DNA of 64,000 bases from Takakia lepidozioides. Lineage: Eukaryota; Plantae; Bryophyta. The notes below the pieces were generated by a model. It saw only the letters and a program-made list of their open reading frames with translations, had not been told where the DNA came from and did not search any database. Both the position numbers and the translations under genes were made by a program. How positions within the stretch are numbered: the first letter of the stretch is position 1; each line of letters begins with the position of its first letter. The stretch covers positions 52,452,001-52,516,000 of the forward strand of contig CM060733.1 of the NCBI GenBank assembly GCA_030704615.1. The letters are read 5' to 3'. Shown here in pieces: positions 10,750 through 23,830 of the stretch.

Positions 10750-12709
10750 TAATTGTGGGAGCATTGAGGATGCGGAGGGAGTGTTCAACACTATGGCTGA
10801 ACAAGGTGGTGTCGTGGAACACGATTCATCCAAGAGGTCGATTTTAAACACAAGATTACTTCTGATTCCCTGCGGATCAATAGCTACAAGAAAGCTGCGT
10901 GGGTAGATGGTCAACTGGAAACAGCAGCGGCAGCAGTGCATTTGATAGAACAAGGCGCTGCTAATGAAGGTACCTTCTTCAACACATTTCAGCCCGTTTT
11001 TCCCTGTTATCAGAGTTTTTCCCTATTTTTTCCTGAATGAGCATGGATAGAGTGTGGGTCCAGATTCATCCAAGAGGGTTGGACTTCAAGCTCCAGATTA
11101 CCTTGATTCCATGTGGGGGTCAGTAGCTATAAGAAACCTGCATGGGTGCGTTAAGGATGTTCTCCCAAATGATACCAGACTGGTCTGATATCTAATACCA
11201 GTGCATATACCAGTATTATGTACCAGTCCTTCACCTATATACCAGTCCAACACTATTCCAGACCTTCCATCTTAATGCACTTAAGCAAAAGACAGACATA
11301 CATATCTGAATCTGGTGAAATGCCTTGTGATGTGGTTAGGCTTCACCCCTTCTCCCATCATTTGCTCATAGGTCTCCAAAGCCTCCATCCCGTGCCCCTG
11401 TTGTGCATACCCTGCAAGCATCACGTTCCACGACACCACATCTCGTTCAGCCAGAGTGTTGAAAACTCGTCTTCCTCATTTACGCTGGTATGTATACTGA
11501 ATTAATTTATGTGTACATATGCCTATATATTCGTACTTATGTATATTTACTTCTTATGTATATTTTATTTGTTTTCACTTGATACTTGCCACTTGACAAA
11601 TTTGTAACTCAAGATGGCTTTGGAATGATACCAGAGTTGATATCTCATACCAGCTGGTATTGTGGTCATGATACTCATATTCATACTAGTATCTGGAAAA
11701 AAATACATCCACCATTATAGAAACCAGACTGGTATGAAAGTTTTGTGATACGCCTGGTACCAGGACCAGTCTGGTATGTAAAAAACTTGATACCAGTCCA
11801 ACACTGGTGTGGAAGTTGGAAAACAGGTGCATACTCACATCATCCAAAGTGGATTCACGTCAAATGTTTTTCTTCTCAACACCCTTGTCAACATGTATGT
11901 TATGTGCGGGAGCATCATTGATGCTCACCAAGTGTTCAACAGAATGCCTCAACGATCTTTGATCACGTGGAATATAATGTTAGCAGGATGCAATGCGTGT
12001 GCAAGCCTGGGAGCTCTGGAAAAGGGGAAAGAGGTCCATGGTGACATTGTCAAAGCTGGAATTGTACCAGATCTCATTCTGAACACTCTTTTGGTGGACA
12101 TGTATGCCAAATGTGGGTGCATTAAGGATGCGAAGAGAGTTTCCATGGCTGAACGAGATGTGGTGTCGTGGAGTGCGATGCTTGCAGGGTATGCACAGCA
12201 GGGATGTGGTCTGTCAGCTTTGGAAAAGGGCAAAGAGGTCCATGGCGACATTGTTAGATCTGCAATTGTATCAAATGTCATTTTGAACAGTACCCTCGTG
12301 GACATGTATGAAGGGAGTGTTCGACGGTATGGCTGAACGAGATGTGCTGTTGTGGAGTGCTATGATTGCAGGATATGCACAACAAGGGCGTGGGATGGAG
12401 GCTTTGGAGACCTATGAGCAAATGATGTGCGAAGGGGTGAAGCCGCACTTTGCATTGCATGATGTTGAGGAAGAGCTTAAAGAATCGTCTCTTTGCCACC
12501 ACAGTGAGAAGCTGGCCATTGTTTTTGGGCTTACCAACACACCCTCTGGGATGTCTTTAGGGATCATCAAGAATCTTCGGATGTGTGGTGATTGACACAC
12601 AGCCACCAAATTCATCTCAAAGATAGCTAAGCAAGAGATTGTTGTACGGGATGCAAACCGCTGTCACCACTTCCAAAATGGTGTTTGTTCTTGTGGGGAG
12701 TATTGGTGA
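10750..12709 (+). pseudogene. PLS-class PPR-DYW RNA-editing factor pseudogene
   Basis: PPR motifs (NTLVNMYVMCGSIIDAHQVFNRMPQRSLITWN; MYAKCGCIKDA; ERDVVSWSAMLAGYAQQG). DYW part [12 protein letters not shown]...KNLRMCGD*H...[20 protein letters not shown] (stop at 12707-12709). Frameshifts, a stop in CxxC, loss of E/E+/PG box, a MITE insertion and an inversion. Confidence 0.92.
11160..11806. mobile_element. hAT MITE subfamily B, split by an inversion (pieces 11160-11255 and 11474-11806)
   Basis: 11474-11806 is the reverse complement of about 28461-28794; 11160-11255 matches about 28873-28968 directly. TSD recoverable as GTCTGGAA (reverse complement of 11256-11263) / GTGTGGAA (11807-11814). Confidence 0.85.
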
Positions 12710-13404
12710 AATGAAATGCTTGTCATCTAATTGAATGTATTGAACTCTGTCAACTGCGAGTCAGGTTGGACTCCAACAGTGGCAGCAAAGGCGCACGAAA
12801 TCTCTTTTTGGAGAGGAATTCTTAACAGTAGGTTTTGAACATAATTGGACCTTGCGAAGGTTGAAACTGTAGAACAAGTTCAGAAACTGTCCTAGTTGAT
12901 GAACAGAGGTGCAGTGACTAGGTCTTGGTCTTCAAGAGGGTCACTCTCTGATGAAATACCCAGGACTGCATATCAGAAAATAGAAACTTTCTTTAGGCCT
13001 CTTGCACATAGGGCATTGACAATGTCCCTTTCCTCTCGGCATCTGATTATGGTTCAAAGTGAGATTCCACAACAAGTTTTATCGAGGGCAAACAAATTTT
13101 TTAATGAATTTATTAGATTTTATTCTATTTTTAAATGAATAAACTTGATATAATATTAAAACATACATATACATATTTGAGGGTATTTTTTAATTATTGA
13201 AAAGGGAAATATACATACAGAAGGGGGTATTTTTTAAAAATTACAAATTTCTATATATTTACAGGAGAGGGTTTTATAATCTTCAAAATGTATGTACAGA
13301 GGGGGTATAAATGATCCAAGGACCCGTATACATGGGGTTTTTTTATTAGGCGGCGAACGCACGTGATACGGACATTTTATAAAGAGTGCACCCCCCAGGA
13401 TCCA

Positions 13405-16400
13405 GGGGGGGGCTGAAGCACCCTTGAGTGCCCAAGGCACTCAAGGAGGCGGAGGCGCTCACTAGGTGGAGCCCCGCACACCGGGTTGCGGTGGGGGTGG
13501 CTCCACAAGGGGTGGTGGTAGCTTAGCGGGACTTAGTGGGGGTGGCATAGGACTAACCATGGGGGCGGAGACCTCGTGGTGGGAGTCGTGGGGAGTCGTG
13601 GGGAGTCTTGGGACTCATCACGGTCCATAGGGGCCGTGGTGAGTGGGCCAAGACTCACCGCGACTCATCACCGGGAGTCGAGGGTTTTCGTGGTGGTTCG
13701 CCATAAAATGGCATGGCTGGTTGTGAAACCCCCGCGGACAGCTACAGAAGTATATATAGGGAGTAGTAACCCCGAGAACGGTGCAAGCCCATTGGTGACC
13801 AAAAACTAGTGAGTAAGCGAGCGAGCCGGAAAGCGACCAAAGAGTGGGGAGCTGTTCCAGACTGCCAACTACCAAAGGGAATTCCCGCTGGATCCAAATC
13901 GGTGGAGGGTTCTTTGGGAGTTCAAAGGGGGACCGTTATGCCCCGGTGAGCAGCCAAAGCTCCAAGTTGGTCCGGCGGCCAGGTTGGGAGTTAGGCCGCA
14001 TCAAGCTAGCAACTATGACCTGAAGGGGAGTTTATCGAAGTGAGGTGCGCGACACTTGGTATCAGAGCTTAGAGTTCAGTACGTGATCGTCCTTGGGATT
14101 GGCCTCATCATGGGGTCGGGCAAGCCAAAGCCAAAGCGGAACGGCCCAAAAGATGATGATCCTGGTGAGCCCTATGGGGGCGACATGTCACCGAGGCGGC
14201 CGTTTGAGGAAGCGATGCATGTCTCCGAAAACGAGGCCGCTCAAGAGCGGGAGGAATCTGAGGAGTCGGAGCCCGAGGAATCCCTGAGAGCTCCGACCGA
14301 CCAACAGATGCCTCCCATGCCGGCAGCCTTTTGGGAAGGGTTGTTGGCGCAATTTGGCGGGACGTTGAAAGACGTGTTGAAGGCGGCTAATGCCACTTCC
14401 ACTAAGGAAAAATTTAAGGTGAAGCCTAAGGAACCCGGCACCTTCGAGGGTGTCCGAAATCGGAAGGCACTCAACACCTGGCTCCTGGAGCTAGAGCAGT
14501 ACTTCCGGGCGGCCAAGTTGAGTGACGAGGACCGGGTGGAAGTGGCTCCCACCTATTTGAGGGGCTATGCTCAACAATGGTGGCAGAAACGCCTTCACGA
14601 CCGAGGTCCAAGCCCGGAAACCTTGAATTGGAGTGGGTTCAAGGAATTGATGAAAAGGCAGTTTGTGCCCCTCAACGCGTCCTGGCTTGCCCGGGACAAG
14701 ATGAGGAATTTGAAGCAAACAGATGACATTCGGGGATATGTCCAGGCTTTCAATGTGCTGTTGCTCGAAGTCGCGGACATGGCAGAACCAGAAATGGTCT
14801 TCAACTTTGTGGCGGGACTGGCCCCATGGGCTAGGCAGAAGTTGGAGGAGAAGCCACCTAAGACTTTGAACAAGGCAATTGAGAGGGCTGAATGTTTCTC
14901 GGATGTCCCTAGGGGTGAAAGACAAGGCCGTACGGAGCTGAACCACAAGAAGACCCGGCGGGAAGGTGACGCCTTCCGACCGGAAAAGAAGTGGGATAGG
15001 CCACGCGGCGACAATGGCACGTGGAAATCGAAGGGAGGGCCTTCACAAATCAAGGCGGCACCCGATGCTTCAAAAGGAAAAGCGGATGGAGCGGCCTATG
15101 GCGGACAGAGGGCGACCTTTGATGGAGTGTGTTTCAATTGCGGGGAGCCCGGGCACATGGCCAAGAAGTGCACGAAGCCCTGGCAATTGAACATGACTCG
15201 GGCGACCACAGAGCTGTCGGAAGATACCATCAGTCGCTTGGTGGAAGCAATGGTCGCCAGGACTTGCAAGGTAGGCAAATTTTCTTGTGAACTGTATCAG
15301 GAAACTGGCGCCTTACGTAAAGGGAGTCAGTTATTGTTCGTGGATGGGATAATATCCGGAACTAACGTGTCATTGTTGGTGGACACAGGAGCGTCGCACT
15401 CCTTCATGACACCGGCAATGGCACAAAAGCTGGGACTCCCGACAAGTGACGTGGGGGCCTCTATTGAGGTGCGTTCTGCCAAAGGAGAACCGCAATTGGC
15501 GACGAGGTTGGCGTTCGATGTCCCTCTTCAACTGGGGAAATGGGAAGGACGTGAGAACTTCACCATTTGCGAGATCGATGGAGTGGATCTCATTTTGGGG
15601 ATGACCTTTTTGAGCAAATCCGGAGCGGTCATAGATGGCCGCAAAGAGTAGTCACGCTACCATGTGGGGATGGTGGCGAAGTCTTACGAGTATTGGAAAC
15701 GCCCAAACCCGTGGGAGGGCGAATAAACCTTCTGTCAGCAAGGGAGTGGGCCGTGGAGGAGGCACATGAGCCCCAGTTTTTGCTTTACATTAGAGAAGTG
15801 AAGGGAGAAGGCGATGGGGAGCCGAGCCCAGATTGGATCAAGGGGATTTTGGAGAAATACCAGGATGTGATGCCGGAGGATTTACCAAGCGGCTTGCCAC
15901 CGCGAAGAGGAGTTGACCACAAGATTGAGGTGATACCGGGATCGGAACCGCCTGCCAAGGCACCCTACCAGTTGAGCCACAGAGAGTTGGTCGAGCTGAA
16001 GACTCAGCTCAAAGATCTAATGTCAAAGGGGTACATCCGGCCGAGTAAGTCACCTTACGGAGCCCCGGTGCTATTCGCAGACAAGAAGGATGGGACGCTG
16101 CGGATGTGTGTCGATTACAGGGCTTTGAATAAGGTGACTATCAAAAACCGGTATCCTTTGCCAAGGATCGACGACCTTTTCGATCGGTTGGCAGGAGCGA
16201 AGTATTTCAGCCGGATCGATCTGCGCTCCGGCTATCATCAAATTCGAGTGGCGGAAGGAGATGAGGAGAAGACCGCGTGCAGGACAAGGTATGGTTCATA
16301 TGAGTTCTTGGTGATGCCTTTTGGGCTCACCAATGCACCCGCGACCTTTAGCACGCTGATGAACAGCCTTTTCCAGGAGTGGTTGGATGACTTTGTGATC

Positions 16401-19400
16401 GTGTACATCGACGACATCTTGGTGTATTCGAAAACAAAGGAGGAGCACCTAGAGCACCTCAAAAGGGTGTTCCAGAAATTGTGGGAAGGGAAGCTGTATG
16501 CCAAAGCTTCAAAGTGCGAATTCGGGGTCACAAAAGTGGAGTTCCTGGGGCATGTGATTACACAGATGGGATCAAAATGGATGACAGAAAGGTGAGGGCG
16601 ATCTTGGACTGGGAGCCTCCGACTTTGGTCCCGGGAGTGCGATCCTTCCTAGGACTCGCCTCCTATTACCGGAAGTATGTGAGAAATTTCGCCAAGATTG
16701 CGGGGCCGTTGTCAGACCTTCTGCGTAAATCCAAAGTCTGGGTATGGAACACCTTGTGTGGCCAAGCTTTTGCTGAATTGAAGCAGCGGATGGCGGAAGC
16801 TCCAGTCTTGAAAATCCCGGAGTTCGATCGCCGTTCGAGATTCATACAGATGCGTCGGACTTTGCGATTGGGGGTGTACTGATGCAAGATGGACGTCCAG
16901 TGGCTTACGAAAGTAAGAAACTGAACGAAGTGGAGCGACGGTGGCCGACGCACGAGAAAGAGATGAAGGCGGTGGTGCACTGTCTTGAGCTTTGGCGCCA
17001 CTATGTTGGTTCCAACCCAGTGAAGGTGTTCACGGACAATGTTACGGTGAAGTATTTTGCCACGCAGCCCAAGTTGTCCCCAAAACAACTTAGGTGGCAA
17101 GATACTTTGGCGGTGTTTGACGTGGATATCCATACAAACCGGGACGTGACAATGTGGTGGCCGATGCTTTAAGTAGAAAGCAGCAGCTCCTGTTGGTGTA
17201 CAGGGGCGAGACGGCGCTCCAAAGGAAGATCCGGAAGGCTTGCCAGAAGGATGAGCTGGCGAAGTCCGTGATGCAGGACTTGAGGAGGGGGGTTAAATCG
17301 CAATTCCACTTGCAAAATGGACTGCTCCGGTATAAGCAAAAGCGTCTCTATGTGCCGAAGGGAGGGATCAGAGATAGTCTCTTGAGAGAATGCCATGATA
17401 GCCCGCTTGCGGGCCACGGCGGAGCCAAGCGAACTGCGGCACTCTTGAAGAAAGAGTATTTCTGGCCCAAACTGAGGGAGGAGGCAGAGGAGTATGTCAA
17501 GACATGCACCACATGCCAACAAAACCGGAGCGAGTACAAGAAGCAAGCGGGGCTGTTACAACCCTTGCCGATTCCAGAGGGGACTTGAGAAAACGTCTCG
17601 ATGGATTTCATGACTGCTATGCCGCTGTCAAAAGGATTCGATGCAATCATGGTGGTGGTGGATAGGTTCAGTAAAATGGGCCATTTCATCCCCACCAAGG
17701 AGACGGCAACGGCGCAAGAGACATGGCGACTTTACTTCGCCCACGTCTTAAAACATCATGGAGTCCCGAAGGATATTGTCTCGGACCGCGATCCAAAGTT
17801 TACGAGTAAATTTTGGAGGACACTTTGGAAGAAGATGGGGACGAGGCTGAAGATGAGCACCGCCTTCCGACCTACGACCGACGGCCAAACGGAAAGAGTG
17901 AATTCCGTAGTGAAACAGATCTTGCGGAATTACGTGTCGGCAGACCAATCAGACTGGGTGGAACACTTAGACGCGGTAGAGTTCTGTTATAATAACACAG
18001 AACACTCCGCAACGGGAGTTTCCCCTTTCGTATTGGTCTATGGAAAAGCAACTCTGGTGCCGACAAGTTTGACCGCCCATGACGTTGAGGAACCGGCAGT
18101 AGCGGCGGTACTGGAAGAACGCGAGCGTTTGTTGAAGCTCGCAAAATACAACATTGCCAAAGCAAGGAAACGGTATGAAAGGCAGGTGAATTGGAAGCGG
18201 AGGGAAGTGAAGTTTGAGGCAGGCACGGAGGTTTGGTTGAACATCAAGAATTTCCGACTACCTCCGGAAGTGAGTCCAAAATTCGTACCTCCGTATGCGG
18301 GACCCTTTGGCATCCGGACGGTTATGAATGAGGATGTGTATGAATTGGAGCTGCCGGCAAACAGCAAGGTGCATCCAGTATTTCACGTCTCCCTTTTGAA
18401 GCCTTACTTCAAAGATGAAGCGCGTCCGAATCGGCATCAAGTGTTGCGTCCGCCACCTGTGCTGTTGGATCATGAAAATGAACCTGAGTACGAGGTGGAG
18501 GCAGTACTTAAGTCAAGGAGGTCCAAGAACCGAGAAATGGAGTATCTCGTCAAATGGAAGGGCTATCATCATGTGGAGGCATCTTGGGTGCGTGCCTCAG
18601 AAATGGGAAACGCATCCGAGGCGGTTGCAGTTTTCGAAGGGCGACCTCAAAAGCGGAAGAAGCGTTGATGGGGACATCAACCTTGGAGCGTGGGGGAGGA
18701 AATGCATGCTTAGCCCGGCTTAGCTAGCTCAGGAATCCGATTGCAAAAACTTGTATTGTACAAAAATTTGTTATAAAGGAAATGGGTTCCAAATGTTGTG
18801 TGTCCTATTTTGTTTGGAATGGTGATGCATGGTGTGGTTGGCTAGTGTGTAGAATGCATGCTAGCTTACAAAAGTGGGAGAGGTAAATTGGGTTAATCGT
18901 GTGTTTGCGCAGTGCCGAAATCGGGTGACTCCCATCCAAGGGGCAAGGAAACATGCGCCTTCTTTGGGAGTTCACGTGCTAGTGCGCACCTGGCGCGTGC
19001 GCGTACTATAACTGCGCTACCGAGGTGGTTGCCTTGTAGTGCGGGCTAACGCGGAAGCTATGTGCTTCCGTTCACGTACTATAATCGTGTAGCCTCGGGA
19101 CGAAGTCGTAGTGCGGCTTCGACGTGTTCCCGTACCTCAGGCCAGCATTCCAAGACAGATCCAATTGTAGTGATTGGGGCGCACAGTTGGTTCAAGGTTA
19201 TCTTCCTAGTCAAAGGGGGTTCGAGGTGAATCCTTGCGCAAAGTGATGCCAAAAGCGGCATCAGGAGCGATCGCAAGCAGTTGTTGCAGTAGGGTGATTC
19301 GATCCTCGGGGAGGATCATTCCTTGACCTTGAAGAAGGCCAAGAAGAGTGCACTGGGAGGAGCTTGAGAGGCTCCACCCCTGGCCGGGACTTGGAGGAAG

Positions 19401-20297
19401 TCGGCCGAACTAGCTAGTGGAGAGTAGAGTCAAGTGTGGGGTTTGGTTCTTTGCCATGGGACGCCAAGGTACGGAAACAAACTCCTTGATGTGGGACGCC
19501 ACAACTTGGATGCTCGTTTCTACAAAATGGACAAGTCGATGAGGACATCGACTCCCTGTTGGTAGGGGTGTGTGTCGCGGCCCTTTGCCTTGAGGGCAGG
19601 GGGTCGGGATACATGAGGGGCTGCCCCTGTGGTAGGGGCAGCGGCAGCGATAGGTATGGGGGGCTGAAGCACCCTTGAGTGCCCAAGGCACTCAAGGAGG
19701 CGGAGGCGCTCACTAGGTGGAGCCCCGCACACCGGATTGCGGTGGGGGTGACTCCACAAGGGGTGGTGGTAGCTTAGCGGGACTTAGTGGGGGTGGCATA
19801 GGACTCACCATGGGGCGGAGACCTCGTGGTGGGAGTCGTGGGGAGTCTTGGGACTCATCACGGTCCATAGGGGCCGTGGTGAGTGGGCCAAGACTCACAG
19901 CGACTCATCACCGGGAGTCGAGGGTTTTCGTGGTGGTTCACCATAAAATGGCATGGCTGGTTGTGAAACCCCCGTGGACAGCTACAGAAGTATATATAGG
20001 GAGTAGTAACCCCGAGAACGGTGCAAGCCCGTTGGTGACCAAAAACTAGTGAGTAAGCGAGCGAGCCGGAAAGCGACCAAAGAGTGGGGAGCTGTTCCGG
20101 ACTGCCAACTACCAAAGGGAATTCCCGTTGGTTCCAAATCGGTGGAGGGTTCTTTGGGAGTTCAAAGGGGGACCGTTATGCCCCGGTGAGCAGCCGAAGC
20201 TCCAAGTTGGTCCGGCGGCCAGGTTGGGAGTTAGGCGTGCGCATCAAGCTAGCAACTATGACCTGAAGGGGAGCTTACCGAAGTGAGGTGCGCGACA
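13405..20297 (+). mobile_element. Ty3/gypsy chromovirus copy 2 (decayed, 5' LTR truncated)
   Basis: 5' LTR remnant 13405-14054, PBS TGGTATCAGAGC 14057-14068, 3' LTR 19573-20297; highly similar to copy 1. No TSD recoverable because the first ~85 bp of the 5' LTR are missing. Confidence 0.96.
14110..18668 (+). pseudogene. gag-pol of chromovirus copy 2, disrupted
   Basis: Gag-PR in one frame (to 15651); frameshifts near 15645, 16565, 16830 and 17133; TGG>TGA stop at 17586-17588; chromodomain ends at 18668. Confidence 0.95.
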
Positions 20298-20935
20298 CAC
20301 AGGCCACAGGTCACAGCCTGTCACTGCCCCAAAGGCCATAGGGCACAGCCTGTCACTGCTAGTCACAGCCCATCACAACCCCACAGGCCACAGGCCACAG
20401 CCCGTCACAGCCCCACAGGCCACATGTCACAGTCTGTCACAACCCTACACATGTGACAGGGTCACAGCATCACAAGCCACAGCCTGTCACAGCCCCAAAG
20501 GCCACAGGGCACAGCCTGTCACAGCACGTCACAGCCCCACAGGCCACAGGTCACAGCCTGTCACAGCCCGTCATGGCCCCAAAGGCCACATGTCACAGCC
20601 TGTCACAGTCCATCACAGCCCATCACAGCCCGTCACAGCCCCAAAGGCCACAGGGCACAGCCTGTCACAGCCCTACACAGGTCACAGGGTCACAACCCCA
20701 CAGGCCACAACCTGTCATAGCCCCATAGGCCACAGGTCACAGCCTGTCACAGCCCCAAAGGCCACTTGGCACAGCCCATCACAACCCATCACAGCCTGTC
20801 ACAGTCCGTCACAGCCCATCACAGCCCCACAGGCCACAGGCCACTGCCCGTCACAGCCCCACAGGCCACTGCCGTCACAGCCTATCATAGCCCCCAAAAG
20901 CCACACAGCCCGTCACAGCCACATCCATGGCCGCT
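20298..20935. repeat. Complex minisatellite built from ~10-11-bp units (TGTCACAGCC / CACAGGCCACAGG)
   Basis: Directly visible tandem array; produces the repetitive ORFs 20453-20970. Confidence 0.92.
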
Positions 20936-21429
20936 CATGGCAGTTTAGCCATTTCTCCAAAGGGGTTTAGCCACCACACCAAGCTAGGGTTAATATCTCC
21001 TTGAACTCTAAGCTTTTTTGCACCGAGCTATGGCGGCTGTGAGGAAATCAGCAAGGTATTCTTGCTCTTTTCGGCTCCCACACACCACCAATAATAGCTC
21101 TAAGTCATGAGGAAGATGTTTGCCACAATCCAAACCCTCTTTCTCACTTAGACTCCCAAAATCCGCCACTCAACTCAATGGCAAACAACCGAGCCTTGCT
21201 GGTTTCCAGCCCTTGTGAGCACTTATTCATGCGCTCTCCTTGGCCATAGAATGTGTCTTAGAGCCTATTCCAGCCCCCTGCACCTGCCACTTCAAGAACC
21301 ATGCTCTATCTAGGCTTGTAGTTGAAACCCCAACTCAGAACACGCTCTACAAGTGTCGGACTGTCACATAAGAGCAGATCAGCCCCTTACCTTCTCTTCT
21401 AGCTCTCCAAAGCTTAAAGATGGAGGCCT

Positions 21430-21862
21430 AACTAGGCTGAATGCATGCTCCACACATGCACTACTGCCACATAAGATAAATCAGCTCCTTTGTTGCCTTT
21501 CTTGCACCCACAAACCTGAAAATACAAGCTTTAGCGGGCTGAAAGCATGCTCCACACATGCCCTACAGGGAAACCAGCTCCTTCATTCATTTTTTGCACT
21601 CCCAAACCTGAAAATACAAGCCTTCAACGGGCTGAAAGCATGCTCCACACATGCGTTGCCTTCACATAAGAGAAGTCAGCCCTTCCCTCTTCCTTCCTTG
21701 CCCTCCAAGCTTGAAGATAGAAGCTTCATGGGCTAAATGCATGCTCCACACATGCATCCTTTCACACAAGAGGTAATATCAGCCCCCTATCTTGGCTGAA
21801 TGCATGCTCCACACATGCATCCGCTTCACACAAGAGGTAATATCGGCCCCCTATCTTGGCTC
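21430..21862. repeat. Degenerate tandem repeats with core GCATGCTCCACACATG
   Basis: Core seen five times (about 21443, 21545, 21637, 21738, 21802), with near-perfect duplication of the last two units; separate 21-bp duplication ACAAGACACTCTTCTTGTGGT at about 21950-21992. Confidence 0.85.
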
Positions 21863-22556
21863 TTTGGCTCCTTGATGCTCTCTAAGACAAGACTAAGCAT
21901 TCCACAGCCTTTGCCAAGCTCCTGAAATCCTAAGGTTTACATTTCCAGCCACAAGACACTCTTCTTGTGGTACAAGACACTCTTCTTGTGGTACAAGAGC
22001 TCTTATTCCAAGCTCTGAAACCCTAGGTGCACATTCCATGGCGTTGCCGTACCTCTTAGCTCCTGTTCCAGCCTTGCTCTTGCCATGGCAAGAGCCCTTT
22101 CAATGCTGAAGCTCGAGATTGAAACCCAATCTCAACATACTCCACAAAGTGCACTGATTTGCCCCAAGCCAAATTAGCCCTTTAGCTTGGTCTTGCAATC
22201 CTTCACACAATGAAAGCTCGCATTCCCAAAGCCAGTTCTCAGCTTTGCCACCAAAGCCACTATAACTTGCTTTTGAATGATCATCTTCACAATCGTGCTT
22301 GCTCATGCATGTACACAATTTGAAACCATCAAGGTGCTCTGGAATTACCTGCATCATGGTGCTTTCATCTCTGAAGCTGAAGATCGAATGCCAAGGTCTA
22401 CCACCTTGTACCCACATCGCCTCCGCTCCGAATAACCACGAATTTGATGATGCTCCTCGCATCCAAACCTGATTTCTCTCATTCTCAAGCAAAAACCACA
22501 AGTGCTACAACTAACTCGTATATGGCACTAACAGATACGAGCCGATCTTTCTCGAG

Positions 22557-22801
22557 TGATAAAGAAGAAGAATACAAGCACAAGCTCATGCGAGCTCACA
22601 AAGCTGAAGCATAAATTCATGCATATATAAACTCATCACTCAAATACAAATCAAGTCAAATGCACCCCACGCCATGGGGAATCCACAGTACGGCGCCATA
22701 GCTAGGTGCGGTGAGGCTCAACTCGAGAAAGATGATCCTCCCGCGCTTGCCGTGAAGATAATCACTCCAGGACCTAATCTGCCTTAACCCCTAGATTGAC
22801 A
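22557..22801 (-). mobile_element. Complete ~245-bp LTR (5' LTR on minus strand) with putative self-priming PBS
   Basis: Minus strand TGTCAATC...CTTTATCA. The junction sequence ACTCGAGAAAGAT (22557-22545) is exactly complementary to LTR-internal ATCTTTCTCGAGT (22733-22721). Homologous to 1891-2114. Confidence 0.78.
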
Positions 22802-22966
22802 CTTGGGCCAATCCCAAATATCAATATGTAAAAGCTAGCTATTTCTTAGCTAGTTTCACACTAGTGGTGAAATAACTTGACAAAGCTTTTGTAGCGCAGC
22901 TGAGCAACCCTTTAAGATCAACTATATATAGTTGGGCTACAAGCAGCAAACTCATCCACCAGAGGG

Positions 22967-22997
<31 letters not shown>

Positions 22998-23599
22998 CGC
23001 GATATAGACAGTACTATGCCCTAGATAATGTTACCTCTATAAATGTTAAGAAAACTTTACTCCCATGCTTGTACGCACTAGCAAATATTAAGTGTCATTT
23101 GTTAACAAATGTTTACTCCCCTCTTCATTGAGTTGCCCTAAATAAATATTAAATACACCGTAAACCACAAGATATGCTCTAGCTAGTTTGAGATAAGCTC
23201 CATAATCAAGCTCCAGCCATGCCAAGATAAGATTACATGCTAAAATATAACCAATCATAGGATCATAAGGTAGTCGTGTAACGGTAACGTGATTATAAAC
23301 ACAACAAAATATATGTTTGCCGTTTCTAGATGGAGGTTGTTTTTGCCAAGAGAGAGGATTGCCTATGTGCTAATTGTACATGCATAACATATTTTGCAAG
23401 TATATGGTATTGTCCAATTGCTCATGTAAACGAAGTGGATGTTGTGTAGATGTCATTTTGTAAATGCTAATGTCTATCATTAACTGTGAATGTGTCAACC
23501 TTGTCTAAAATGTTATTTTATTTCTACTCCCGACCGTTAACATCTATCCAGGGACTGTAGCAACTAATAACAGCCCAAGCTCTTTCTGACAAAGACCCA

Positions 23600-23830
23600 C
23601 AATTCGTGTTACCCCAATCTGCGGAACACTTGGCTGGCATCCTCCATGCTCCCACACTTGGCCTACATGCCAACAAGTGCAGTCGCCAGAATCAGACGAT
23701 CAGACCTGCAGCTTTCAACACAATGCTGACATTGTCCTCTTTGTCCTTTTCCAGGTATCCGAGGCTCGCACACACATTTCGCGTGTTGCCTCGCCATTAC
23801 TTCACAGCCCTGGAGTAGCCAGGGAGGCCA
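23600..23830 (-). pseudogene. PPR repeat fragment
   Basis: Manual translation: CASLGYLEKDKE...ATALVGM*AKCGSMEDASQVFRRL. Confidence 0.75.

Noticed and set aside
12590-12600. TGA in the DYW CxxC motif rescued by U-to-C editing or recoding
   Set aside because: The gene is nuclear with multiple other disablements, and editing TGA would give Arg, not the required Cys.
20298-21862. Regularly spaced repeats resembling a CRISPR array or a repetitive protein
   Set aside because: Units are degenerate tandem copies without unique spacers, there are no cas genes, and the context is eukaryotic; the ORFs are by-products of the minisatellite.
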